Shown here: piece after piece, positions 1 to 7,863 of the stretch
Layout of the letters: each line of letters opens with the position of its first letter
Numbering within the stretch: the stretch's first letter is position 1
Source of the DNA: a bacterium
GTDB taxonomy: Bacteria; Eisenbacteria; RBG-16-71-46
Assembly: GCA_043779265.1 (NCBI GenBank)
Contig: JAYWEM010000127.1
Location: 1 to 19,444 of the forward strand
Direction: 5' to 3'
Length of the DNA stretch: 19,444 nt
The notes under the pieces: generated by a model
Seen by the model: only the letters and a program-made list of their open reading frames with translations
What the model was told of the DNA's origin: nothing
Database searches by the model: none
Position numbers and translations under genes: made by a program

Positions 1-117
1 GCGCGCGAGGTCACGCGCGAGCGCGACCTGTGAGTCGCGCATCTCGTATCCCGGCCACTGCATCGCAAGCCGACCACCATCGGAGAGGGCCTCCGCAACC
101 CGATCCTCGAGCTTCAT
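1..117 (-). CDS. 5' fragment of a probable DinG/YoaA-family ATP-dependent DNA helicase (runs off the left edge)
   Basis: Not in the ORF track. ATG at 117-115 overlaps the upstream stop (TGATG). Manual translation MKLEDRVAEALSDGGRLAMQWPGYEMRDSQVALARDLAR resembles the DinG/YoaA N-terminus with its Q-motif (G.LA...PGYE.R..Q..[ML]A). Only 39 codons are visible. Confidence 0.7.
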   Translation of the reverse strand, partial: MKLEDRVAEALSDGGRLAMQWPGYEMRDSQVALARDLAR

Positions 118-1817
118 CAGAAGGCCGTGACCAGTCGGAGGTGGATGCGGCCGTCGAGCGCGCCCCGTCCCGGTTCGATGCCGTAATCGAGATCCACGAG
201 GCCACCCGCCGCCGGCAGCCGAAGTCCGAAGCCCAGTCCATCGGCGCGCTTGCGCTCGAGGCGGGACGTTCCCGGCGTCGGACCGGCCTCGCGCGACTCC
301 ATCTCGGCGTGGTCCCAGAAGACATGCACCCGTTCTCCGCGCGATCCGAGGAAGCGCCGGTACTCGAAGCGCGACCGTACATGACGATCGACCCGGAACG
401 CCTCCTCGTCGTGACCACGCAACGTCGCGGCGCCACCGAGCGGCGCGCGCTCGAACTCGCCCAGCACGCGCTGCCCGCTCAGTCGGAGCGCCGTCACCAC
501 CTCCAGCATCATCCCGTTGGATCGGCCCACCGCTCGATGCGCCTCGATCGAGGCATCGAGCGCGGACGCCCTCGAGCGGACCCTCGCGCCATCCTCGAAA
601 CGTTCGCGGCGCGAGATCTGGGTCGCGGCGAGGCGAGCACGCGTGCCGCGCCTGGGCGCAAACGGATCATCGCGGTCGTCACGAGCGAGCGCGAACATCG
701 TGTTGGAAAGTTCCACGCTCCTCAGCGTCCCTCTCGTCTGCACGACTCGCTCCTCTTCGTAGCCCATCTCGACCCGGTCGCGGGGATTGACCGCGAGCAG
801 CCCTCGCAAGCCGAACCGATCCCTCGTGTAGAGCGTGTCCTGCAACTGCTGCGCGACATTGACCTCGACCGCCAAGGGCCATCCGAGGATGAGCGGCTCA
901 CGGTATCGCGCACCGAGATCGGACAATCCACTTCCGCGCCGCTGCCAGTCGAGCCCGACGGAACGACCGGTTCCGAGCAGATTCCCGAGTTCGAATCGTG
1001 CCAGTCCGACGACGCCCGTCTCCCCCTGGACTCCGACCGCACCTTCGATGCGATTGTAGCGCGGCTCCTCGACGCGATAGGCGAGCACCCCTTCGCGCCA
1101 ATCGGCTCCACCCTCGAGTCCGAGGAACTCCACGCTGCGGAAGACGCCGAGCTGTCTCAATCGCTCGGCGGCCGCACGCGCGTCGGTTGGACGATACGGC
1201 ATCCCCGTCAGCCTGCCCATGGAGCGCCGAGCCAACTCGGGCCGCGTCACGACGAGCCCATCGAGTCGGACATCCGTGACTGTGACTTTGGGACCGAGCG
1301 TGCCGGTGACGCGCGTCCGCACTTGCGCGCCATCGATGCGCCACTCGGAGATGGCGAGTTGCGCCCAGGCGTGCCCCGAGCGCTCAGCGGACTCGAGCGC
1401 GTCACCCAGGGCGCGCTCGAAGCGGGCTGCATCAGCGGCCTCACCTGCCAGCGACGCGAGCGAACCGGCCACGAGCGCCGAATCGGCACCGACGAGCACG
1501 ACCTCGACGGGAGCGAACACGTGACGAGGCCCCGGAACCACCTCGCACTGGAGCCGCGCCAGAGGCACCTCGCCCGTCCACTCCGCCCGCACCCGCCCTT
1601 CGAGATGTCCCAGCGACTGGAGTCGCAGCGAAGCCGCCAGCACGCCGAGCGCGAGCGCCGCGGAGTCCCGCGGTGCGCGCAGGGCCCCGGCGAAGTGCCC
1701 CGCGAGTTCACGCGAGGGCCCCGGCCAGCCGCGACCTTCGAAGCTCGGGGCGCCGATCGCGGGTGTGGCGGTCGCCACGACCAGCAGACATGAGAAGCAG
1801 GCGGTCCGGGCGCGCAT
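117..1817 (-). CDS. Omp85-superfamily (BamA/TamA-like) outer-membrane protein with POTRA domain(s), 566 aa
   Basis: Start reassigned from 2309 to the ATG at 1817 (TGATG overlap with the upstream stop), which gives a signal peptide MRARTACFSCLLVVATATPAIG. POTRA-like segments (GPKVTVTDVRLDG...AAERLRQLGVFRSVE), barrel-start motif NLLGTGRSVGLDW...YREP, RDDRDDPFAPRRG, loop-6 motif LGGAATLRGH, GLGFGLRL, and a C-terminal strand ending in Phe (HLRLVTAF). Confidence 0.85.
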   Translation of the reverse strand: MRARTACFSCLLVVATATPAIGAPSFEGRGWPGPSRELAGHFAGALRAPRDSAALALGVLAASLRLQSLGHLEGRVRAEWTGEVPLARLQCEVVPGPRHVFAPVEVVLVGADSALVAGSLASLAGEAADAARFERALGDALESAERSGHAWAQLAISEWRIDGAQVRTRVTGTLGPKVTVTDVRLDGLVVTRPELARRSMGRLTGMPYRPTDARAAAERLRQLGVFRSVEFLGLEGGADWREGVLAYRVEEPRYNRIEGAVGVQGETGVVGLARFELGNLLGTGRSVGLDWQRRGSGLSDLGARYREPLILGWPLAVEVNVAQQLQDTLYTRDRFGLRGLLAVNPRDRVEMGYEEERVVQTRGTLRSVELSNTMFALARDDRDDPFAPRRGTRARLAATQISRRERFEDGARVRSRASALDASIEAHRAVGRSNGMMLEVVTALRLSGQRVLGEFERAPLGGAATLRGHDEEAFRVDRHVRSRFEYRRFLGSRGERVHVFWDHAEMESREAGPTPGTSRLERKRADGLGFGLRLPAAGGLVDLDYGIEPGRGALDGRIHLRLVTAF

Positions 1818-4800
1818 CAGAAGAAGGCCCTCACTTCGGCGCGGCCCTGGACGACCGCCGCACGGCCCGGTCGCTCGCGCACACTCGCGGACACGCCGAC
1901 GACCGTCGTCGTGTGGAGCCTCATGTCGGTTCGGATGCTGCCCTCCCACCTCGGGGCACCGGCCGGATCCACACTCGGAAGCAGGCCCGTCGCGTCGGGG
2001 CCGGACAGGAATGCACGCCGCAGGGAGACTTCGGTGCGCCCCTTCGCCCCGGTCGAGACGCCGAGGTCGGGTCCCAGGCGGATCGTACGGGTCGACTGGT
2101 CCTGACCCGCGGACCGGGACCAGCCGACGTCCGTCGTCCACGCGATGCGCAGTGCGTTGCTCGGTTGCCAGGCGGCGAGCGCCAGTGCGCCTTGCTCGGT
2201 GATCGTGCGCTGGAATCGACCCGCGCCGCTCGCCTGCTGAACGGCCTGCTGCCATTGCGAGCGCGCCTCGCTCTCGAGGCTCCACGCCGCATCGGGGCGT
2301 GCACGCCATCTCAACGTCGCACTGCGCAGGTCGGTCGTCTGCGCGAAACCCTGGAAGGAGCGATCGGCGTTGACGCGGCGCTCGAGTCGAGCGCGAAGCG
2401 AGGCGGCCCGTGAGCCCGGCGCCAGATCGGCCTCGAGACGCTGATGCACACTCGCGCGAGCGAGGCCCGGATCATCGAGCGCCACGCCGGTCGAGAGCAG
2501 TCCATCGGCGAATCGCAAGCTCCCGCGCCGCCTCGACTCGCCATCGACGAGGAACTCGACGCGTGAACCCCGCCACGACTCGCCCTCCCCGAATCGCCAG
2601 GCGGCCCGCGCGCTGCTCGCCACGCGCGTCAGCCGTTCGAACTCGGGGCTCACGGTGAGGACGAGGGTGTAGGCACCGCCGACACCGACCAGGTTGCCGA
2701 AGGCGTCATAGGAACCGAGACCGGGGCCGACGAACACGAGCGTGCGCACCCGCGCGTTCTCGGCCTCACCCGTGACCTCGGCATCGAAACTGCCCGACAG
2801 GCCGGTGCCCTTGGGTTCGGCGCGCAGGCGGAGGGTCGCGAGATCGGTCGCGCGCTGGATGCCCGATCGCTCGTCACGCGTCAGTCGCCGCTGGTATAGC
2901 AACGTGCTCCCGAACGGGCCGCCCGCGGGGCTCTCGAGCGCGCCACGCCAGCCGAACGCGCGCGAGGCGCTCGAGCCGAGGAGCGCGTCGCTGCGGTCGC
3001 GCCGCCACAGCACACCCGTACCGAGACGCCACGAGAGGCCCGCGCCGCTCTGGAGGTCGAAGGCGGCTTCTTCCGCGCGATCCTCGCGCGGGGAGCCGAG
3101 CGAGGGTGTCCGGCGTCGATCCCAGTCGGCGCGCAGCACCGGCACGAGGAGCGGGGACGTCCAACGCACCTCGCCCGTGGCCCGTCTCCGCCCGAGACCC
3201 GAGATCGTGTCCGCGAGCGAGCCCTCGGTATCAAGGAGCGTGAGCCGCGTCGCCAGTCGCCTCGTGTCCGCCCAGGAGAGGCGTCGTCGCCACCCCGCGT
3301 AGCCATTGGGAGTCGAGAGTCGCGCGAGTTCGGCACGCACCTCACGCGCAGCGTCGGGACGCCAGAACGCGGAGGCCTCGGTGCGACCCTGATGTTCGAG
3401 GTCGGCACCCGTCGGGAGACCCCAGTCCTCCTCGGCGAACGGCGTCGCGAGCCGCGAAAGCGGCGCGAATCGCCGCTCGACCTGGCGCGCCGAAAGCGTG
3501 ATGCCCGCGGTCCCCGGCAGTCCCACGGCTTGCCCCTCCAGGGAGAGCGAGGCGCGCCCCGCGACGCCTGCCGCATCGGCATCATCCCGGCTCGAGAACG
3601 TGTTGAGATCGCGGCGGCTCATCGCGCCCTCCATCTCGAATCGCACCGGGCCGCGCGAAGTCGCTGCGCTCAACGAGACCACATCGTGTGACTCCGGGCG
3701 GGGCAGCGCGCGCCCGACTCGGAAGCTCCCGAGCCCGGATCCGACATGGCGGTACACGCTGCGCCCATCGACGACCGCGGAGTCGGCATAGTCGCCTCGG
3801 CCGGGCCCGACACGCGCGAATCGCACCTGGAATCCGCCCGAGTCGATACCGGCGAAGCCATAGACCAGAGCGCCCGCACTCGTGCGGAGCGAGTCGTAAT
3901 CCCCGACGCCTGAAGTCACGCCGGGTCCGAACGCGAGCGAGTCCCCGGAAGCGGTCAGCGCGGAGCGGTCGGCGTCCTCGAACACCAGATCGAGCGGGCG
4001 GCCGCGATCATCGGTCTCGCGCACGAACGTCGCACCCAGTCGGAGGGCTCCGCGCTGCCAGTTCGCCGAACTGGCGGCGAGCGATCGGCGATAGCGAGTG
4101 ACGGCGTACTGGTACTCGATGGTGAATCGCGAGGCGGAGGAGATGGCACGACGGTTGGAGAAGCTCAGCCTCGCCCGCTCGTAGTCGATCGTGTAGTCGG
4201 CCGCCTCCCCGCGCGTCAGTCGCTGACCATCGAGCGTCACCGTCTCGCTCCCGGCCACGATCGTGATGCCGAATCCGCCGTCGCGGTCCGAGAGCAGATA
4301 GGGTCCTTGCAGTCCATCCGCTCCGCGCAGATCGAGACGATGGTATTCCCCCTGGGCGCTCGCGGCGGCCGCTTCGATCGAGAACGCTTCCGAACTCCAG
4401 CCGCCACGCACCCCCTGGACTCGGCGCTCGACGCGCGCGAACTCGCCGCCACTCATGCTGACCGGGATGTCGCCGAAGGATGCGCGCACCTGATCGCCCT
4501 TCAACTCGAGCAGCACGCGATCGATCGACTGCAGATCCTGCGTCGCACCCTGTGCCGAGATCGGCGTGTCGCGATCCGTCAGCACGCCGGTGAGCGTCAG
4601 CCCCGGTGCGATCGCGCCATGCACGGAGAGGTCCAGCGATTGCCGCAGCGCGGCATCCTGCTGCGAGCCGAACTCGACGGCGATCGTCTTGTTCCCCGTC
4701 ACCGCCAATTGCGAGGTTCCGGGGTCGGCTCCCGGCGTGCGCGACGTGGATGGTCTCGGGTTGGGTGCGGCGGAGAGAATCGGGATCACCGTGTCCCGCG

Positions 4801-5152
4801 GCGTTCCTGCAGGGCGGAATTGCTGCCGTGCATACTCGAGCGAGGGCGGCCTCAGGAGTCCACAAGCGTGGACCCAGAGCGTCTCGCCCGGCGCCGCGGT
4901 TCGCAGGAGACGCAGGTCGCCTCGCAAGGCATCGAGCGCGTAGTCCTCGCCCCGGACCCACGGTCGCAGGCGCGACCACACCGAGTCCGACCCGGCGGTG
5001 AGGAACGTGCGACCCAGTCGATAGATGACCTGATCGGATCGCTGCACGACCGAGGTGGCGCGGCAGGCCGGATCCTCGAGCGGCGCCGAGCGCGCCTCGC
5101 CCGAAGCGATCAGCACGATCGCGAGCGCGAGCGCGCACGCCGCGGCCCTCAC
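1817..5152 (-). CDS. Large conserved hypothetical outer-membrane beta-barrel protein (1111 aa) with a SprA/Sov-like motif
   Basis: GTG start 1 nt after the upstream stop, followed by a signal peptide (MRAAACALALAIVLIASGEARS). Conserved-looking block GNKTIAVEFGSQQDAALRQSLDLSVHG...LTDRDTPISAQGATQDLQSIDRVLLEL. Motif IVAGSETVTLDGQRLTRGEAADYTIDY. Many amphipathic strands in the C-terminal half, and the C-terminus is AEVRAFF. Confidence 0.75.
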   Translation of the reverse strand: MRAAACALALAIVLIASGEARSAPLEDPACRATSVVQRSDQVIYRLGRTFLTAGSDSVWSRLRPWVRGEDYALDALRGDLRLLRTAAPGETLWVHACGLLRPPSLEYARQQFRPAGTPRDTVIPILSAAPNPRPSTSRTPGADPGTSQLAVTGNKTIAVEFGSQQDAALRQSLDLSVHGAIAPGLTLTGVLTDRDTPISAQGATQDLQSIDRVLLELKGDQVRASFGDIPVSMSGGEFARVERRVQGVRGGWSSEAFSIEAAAASAQGEYHRLDLRGADGLQGPYLLSDRDGGFGITIVAGSETVTLDGQRLTRGEAADYTIDYERARLSFSNRRAISSASRFTIEYQYAVTRYRRSLAASSANWQRGALRLGATFVRETDDRGRPLDLVFEDADRSALTASGDSLAFGPGVTSGVGDYDSLRTSAGALVYGFAGIDSGGFQVRFARVGPGRGDYADSAVVDGRSVYRHVGSGLGSFRVGRALPRPESHDVVSLSAATSRGPVRFEMEGAMSRRDLNTFSSRDDADAAGVAGRASLSLEGQAVGLPGTAGITLSARQVERRFAPLSRLATPFAEEDWGLPTGADLEHQGRTEASAFWRPDAAREVRAELARLSTPNGYAGWRRRLSWADTRRLATRLTLLDTEGSLADTISGLGRRRATGEVRWTSPLLVPVLRADWDRRRTPSLGSPREDRAEEAAFDLQSGAGLSWRLGTGVLWRRDRSDALLGSSASRAFGWRGALESPAGGPFGSTLLYQRRLTRDERSGIQRATDLATLRLRAEPKGTGLSGSFDAEVTGEAENARVRTLVFVGPGLGSYDAFGNLVGVGGAYTLVLTVSPEFERLTRVASSARAAWRFGEGESWRGSRVEFLVDGESRRRGSLRFADGLLSTGVALDDPGLARASVHQRLEADLAPGSRAASLRARLERRVNADRSFQGFAQTTDLRSATLRWRARPDAAWSLESEARSQWQQAVQQASGAGRFQRTITEQGALALAAWQPSNALRIAWTTDVGWSRSAGQDQSTRTIRLGPDLGVSTGAKGRTEVSLRRAFLSGPDATGLLPSVDPAGAPRWEGSIRTDMRLHTTTVVGVSASVRERPGRAAVVQGRAEVRAFF

Positions 5153-5153
5153 G

Positions 5154-6149
5154 TCAGTCCGCCTGCGGGAGCACTTCGATCACGAGGCTGCGAACGCGAG
5201 CGGCGCCGGTCTCGGCCACCCACAACGCGCCATCGGGTCCGAACGCCACAGCCGACGGATTCAAGAGTCCGCTCATCGCCCCGAGCCGTTCACCGCTCCG
5301 GCCCAGCAGCAGCAGTTCGCCGCTCGCAGCGTTCACCAGCGCGACGCGGCCCAGGCGATCGACCGCGATCGCGGCCCTGGCCGACTCCGCACGAGCCCAG
5401 TCGATGCCCAGACTGCGGACCACACGCCCATCGGCACCCAGCCACTGGAGGCGAGCCGGCTCCGCTGCCCTGTCCGGGGTCTTGCCGCGGGCCCGCCTCG
5501 CGAGGCTCCCTCGCTCCAGCGTGATCGTACCGCCCATCGGGAGCGACGCCATCGCGACGAGCCCGCGGAATGCCCCCGCTCGGCCGCCGAAGCCGCCCAC
5601 CTCGCTGACGAATCCGCCCGCGAAGTCGAATGCGAGCACGCGATCACGATCGGAGTCGGCCACTCGCAGCGCGCCGCCCGCATCCGCCGTGATGGCCACC
5701 GGCTCGATGCGGCCGAATCGCGACTGCAGCGCCTCGCTCGAGAAGTCGGCCACGATCCCGATCAGTCGCAGATGCTGATCGTAGGCGACGACCCGGCGAT
5801 TGTCCCGATCGTGAACGGCCACCCCGAGCGAACCCAGCATGACGAGCGTGCCGGGTCGACGGAACTGCGCCGGTTCGCTGCCGAGTGCTCCGGCCCCATC
5901 GATCCACTTCCCGTCGGCGCCGAATCGCTCGAGCGAGTGCCGCTCTTCATCGGCCACCGTGATCCGACCGAACGCATCGACCACGACTCCCGAGGGACGG
6001 CGCAGGCGCTCGCTCAACGTGTCGCGTGGCGTGAATCGAGCCAGGGAGTCCGGTGTGGAGGCGCCCGACTCGGCGGCTGCGGCGAGGGCTCCGCCCGTCA
6101 GCGACAGCGCCAGAGCGGCGACGAGCGAACCACGGACGAGCGAGCGCAC
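5154..6149 (-). CDS. Exported NHL-repeat beta-propeller protein (~331 aa)
   Basis: Start reassigned to GTG 6149 (TTG 6155 is also possible), just after the upstream stop at 6164, which gives a signal peptide. NHL repeats: LRRPSGVVVDAFGRITVADEERHSL, FRRPGTL...VAVHDRDNRRV, EPVAITADAGGALRVADSDRDRV, LLNPSAVAFGPDGALWVAETGAARV. Confidence 0.8.
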   Translation of the reverse strand: MRSLVRGSLVAALALSLTGGALAAAAESGASTPDSLARFTPRDTLSERLRRPSGVVVDAFGRITVADEERHSLERFGADGKWIDGAGALGSEPAQFRRPGTLVMLGSLGVAVHDRDNRRVVAYDQHLRLIGIVADFSSEALQSRFGRIEPVAITADAGGALRVADSDRDRVLAFDFAGGFVSEVGGFGGRAGAFRGLVAMASLPMGGTITLERGSLARRARGKTPDRAAEPARLQWLGADGRVVRSLGIDWARAESARAAIAVDRLGRVALVNAASGELLLLGRSGERLGAMSGLLNPSAVAFGPDGALWVAETGAARVRSLVIEVLPQAD

Positions 6150-6163
6150 GCCCAACGCCCCGC

Positions 6164-7066
6164 TCAGAAGCTCGCGCGCAGCCCCGCGCGCAGTGCCGTC
6201 GGGTCCTGGCCGGGCCCGGGTGCGATCTCGAACTGCCACGAGCGCGGCTCGGGCGGCTTCGATTGGCCGGCGAGTCGTGCGGCGTGCAGGGCGGAGAGCA
6301 GCCGATTGGCGATCGCGAGTCCGATCGCGGTGTTGGATCGCAGGGCGGCGCGCTGGGCATCCTTGCGCTGCGCCCCATAGCGGCGGAACGACTCGAAGTC
6401 GGTCCACGCCCAGGCGTTCTCGCCTCGCAGCGAGTGGTCCTCGATGTACTGGCGATACCCCGCCAGATTGGGGTCATCGAGGTCGCTGAGGAAGAGGTTC
6501 GCCGCGATACGCGTCACGACCAACTGGTTGTACTCCTCACTGCTCGCGAACGACCCGACGATGCGACGGAACTCATCATCGCGACCATCGAGTCCGATGC
6601 CCGCGAACAGTTCCGCGGTCTTCTCGTAAGTGCCGGTGCGAAAATGCTCCTGCACGCGGAACGCGGTGAACGCCCCGAGGATGCCGAGTTCGGCCATCGC
6701 GAAGACAGCGCCCGTGCGGCGGTGCCCCATCGTGGCCTGCCCCCATCCGGGGATCGTCAGCGACTGCAGGAGGATCCGGGCGCGCTCGGCGCCGAGCGGC
6801 AACCCCTCGCTCACCGGCTTCTCAATGCGATCGGGCTTGCCGGGTTTGCGCGGCTTGCCGGGCTTCTCGGGCTTCTTGGAATCACCGAAACCCGTGATCG
6901 AACCGGCGGCCAGCGTGAGCCCCGAAACGCCATCGGGCCGGCTCAACGTCGGCAGCGCTTCGATCGAGAACGATGAGGCACTCGCGCTCTGGGCCATCAG
7001 GGGAGTCGCCGAACCCAGCGTGGCGAACAACACCGCCACTGCCCATGCCATCCGCCGCATCCACAT
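6164..7066 (-). CDS. Hypothetical exported/membrane protein with a DUF5683/TM2-like PGxGQ motif (300 aa)
   Basis: ATG at 7066 overlaps the upstream stop (TGATG), with SD GAGGAGG 5 nt upstream. Signal peptide, then LLQSLTIPGWGQATMG, a hydrophobic helix, ANRLLSALHAARLA, and a C-terminal strand GLRASF. Family assignment is from motif recognition only. Confidence 0.7.
   Translation of the reverse strand: MWMRRMAWAVAVLFATLGSATPLMAQSASASSFSIEALPTLSRPDGVSGLTLAAGSITGFGDSKKPEKPGKPRKPGKPDRIEKPVSEGLPLGAERARILLQSLTIPGWGQATMGHRRTGAVFAMAELGILGAFTAFRVQEHFRTGTYEKTAELFAGIGLDGRDDEFRRIVGSFASSEEYNQLVVTRIAANLFLSDLDDPNLAGYRQYIEDHSLRGENAWAWTDFESFRRYGAQRKDAQRAALRSNTAIGLAIANRLLSALHAARLAGQSKPPEPRSWQFEIAPGPGQDPTALRAGLRASF
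6832..6876. repeat. Five imperfect 9-bp tandem units encoding a (KPx)n linker
   Basis: On the + strand: cgggcttgc / cgggtttgc / gcggcttgc / cgggcttct / cgggcttct. This encodes KKPEKPGKPRKPGKP in the 6164..7066 protein. Confidence 0.75.
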
Positions 7067-7863
7067 CACAGCCTCCTCACCCAAGCGGCGGTGACGACCG
7101 GCTCACCGTCGCGCCACTCGGCACCGAGTTGCACGGGCAGCGACCTCCGCAGCGGGAGGTTATGGAAACGCGCCGCGCGCAGGGCGTCCCATGCGGAAAC
7201 CAGATGGTCGATCACGATGAGCATCTCCATCGTGCGTGCGCGCGACAGGGCATCCTCGCGCTTCTCGCGAAGCGCACGGTAGGTGTCGAAACTCGCCTGG
7301 GGATCGCCGCTGAATCCGGCCGTGAGCGAGCGGTCGCGCGCCAGCGCCAGATAGTAGGCCCCACGATCCGCTGCCCACAGGGTCTCGAGCCACGACACAT
7401 CGCCGCCGGTCGCGTTCTGATAGCGCTCGAAGGACCAGCCGCTCGCGCCATCCTGCGGATCCCCGAGTTGCGCGACGAACTCGTTCTCTCGATCATCCGC
7501 CTTGCGGATCGACAGCGCTCGCAACGTCCAGCACGCGGCCTCGCCCGCGAGGAAATACCAACCGCTGCCCTCGCCCACGTACAATTGCCCCGCTCCCGGC
7601 AGGATGGCCGAGGCCAGCATCGCGAGCGGCTCGGACTTCCAATCGGGAACCTGCACCTCGGTGTAGATCGAATCCTCCGACGCTCCCCAGGCGCGCGTGA
7701 TCGCACGCTGTGCGATCCAATCGCGCGGCACATCGGCTGCGCTGCGCTTCTCTCCCGCCGGGGCCGCGACCTCGAGCATCGGCAGGGCGAGCGAGGGCGC
7801 CTGCGCCATCGCACTCGAAGAGGCGAACGAACACAGGAGCAGCGCGAGAAGCGAACGTCTCAT
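7066..7863 (-). CDS. Hypothetical exported/membrane protein with a DUF5683/TM2-like PGxGQ motif (265 aa)
   Basis: ATGA overlap with the upstream stop at 7860-7863. Signal peptide MRRSLLALLLCSFASSSAMA, then KSEPLAMLASAILPGAGQLYVGE, a hydrophobic helix, IDHLVSAWDALRAAR, and a C-terminal beta-hairpin. Confidence 0.72.
   Translation of the reverse strand: MRRSLLALLLCSFASSSAMAQAPSLALPMLEVAAPAGEKRSAADVPRDWIAQRAITRAWGASEDSIYTEVQVPDWKSEPLAMLASAILPGAGQLYVGEGSGWYFLAGEAACWTLRALSIRKADDRENEFVAQLGDPQDGASGWSFERYQNATGGDVSWLETLWAADRGAYYLALARDRSLTAGFSGDPQASFDTYRALREKREDALSRARTMEMLIVIDHLVSAWDALRAARFHNLPLRRSLPVQLGAEWRDGEPVVTAAWVRRL

Noticed and set aside
30..1793. 587-aa plus-strand ORF and other long plus-strand ORFs (4307..5524, 5055..6380, 8763..10151, 13356..14615, 15138..16520)
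   Set aside because: They are antisense shadows of well-supported minus-strand genes in GC-rich DNA. The translations are Arg/His/Pro-rich with no recognisable motifs.
1818..2309. N-terminal extension of the Omp85 ORF (730-aa call)
   Set aside because: It overlaps the 1111-aa gene in another frame. The ATG at 1817 gives coupling and a signal peptide.
1817..5152. Assigning the gene symbol sprA/sov
   Set aside because: It is about half the expected length and only a short motif is recognisably shared, so it is kept as a hypothesis only.
6783..6798. Perfect 16-bp palindrome CGCTCGGCGCCGAGCG
   Set aside because: It is a single copy inside a CDS and almost all G/C, so chance is sufficient.
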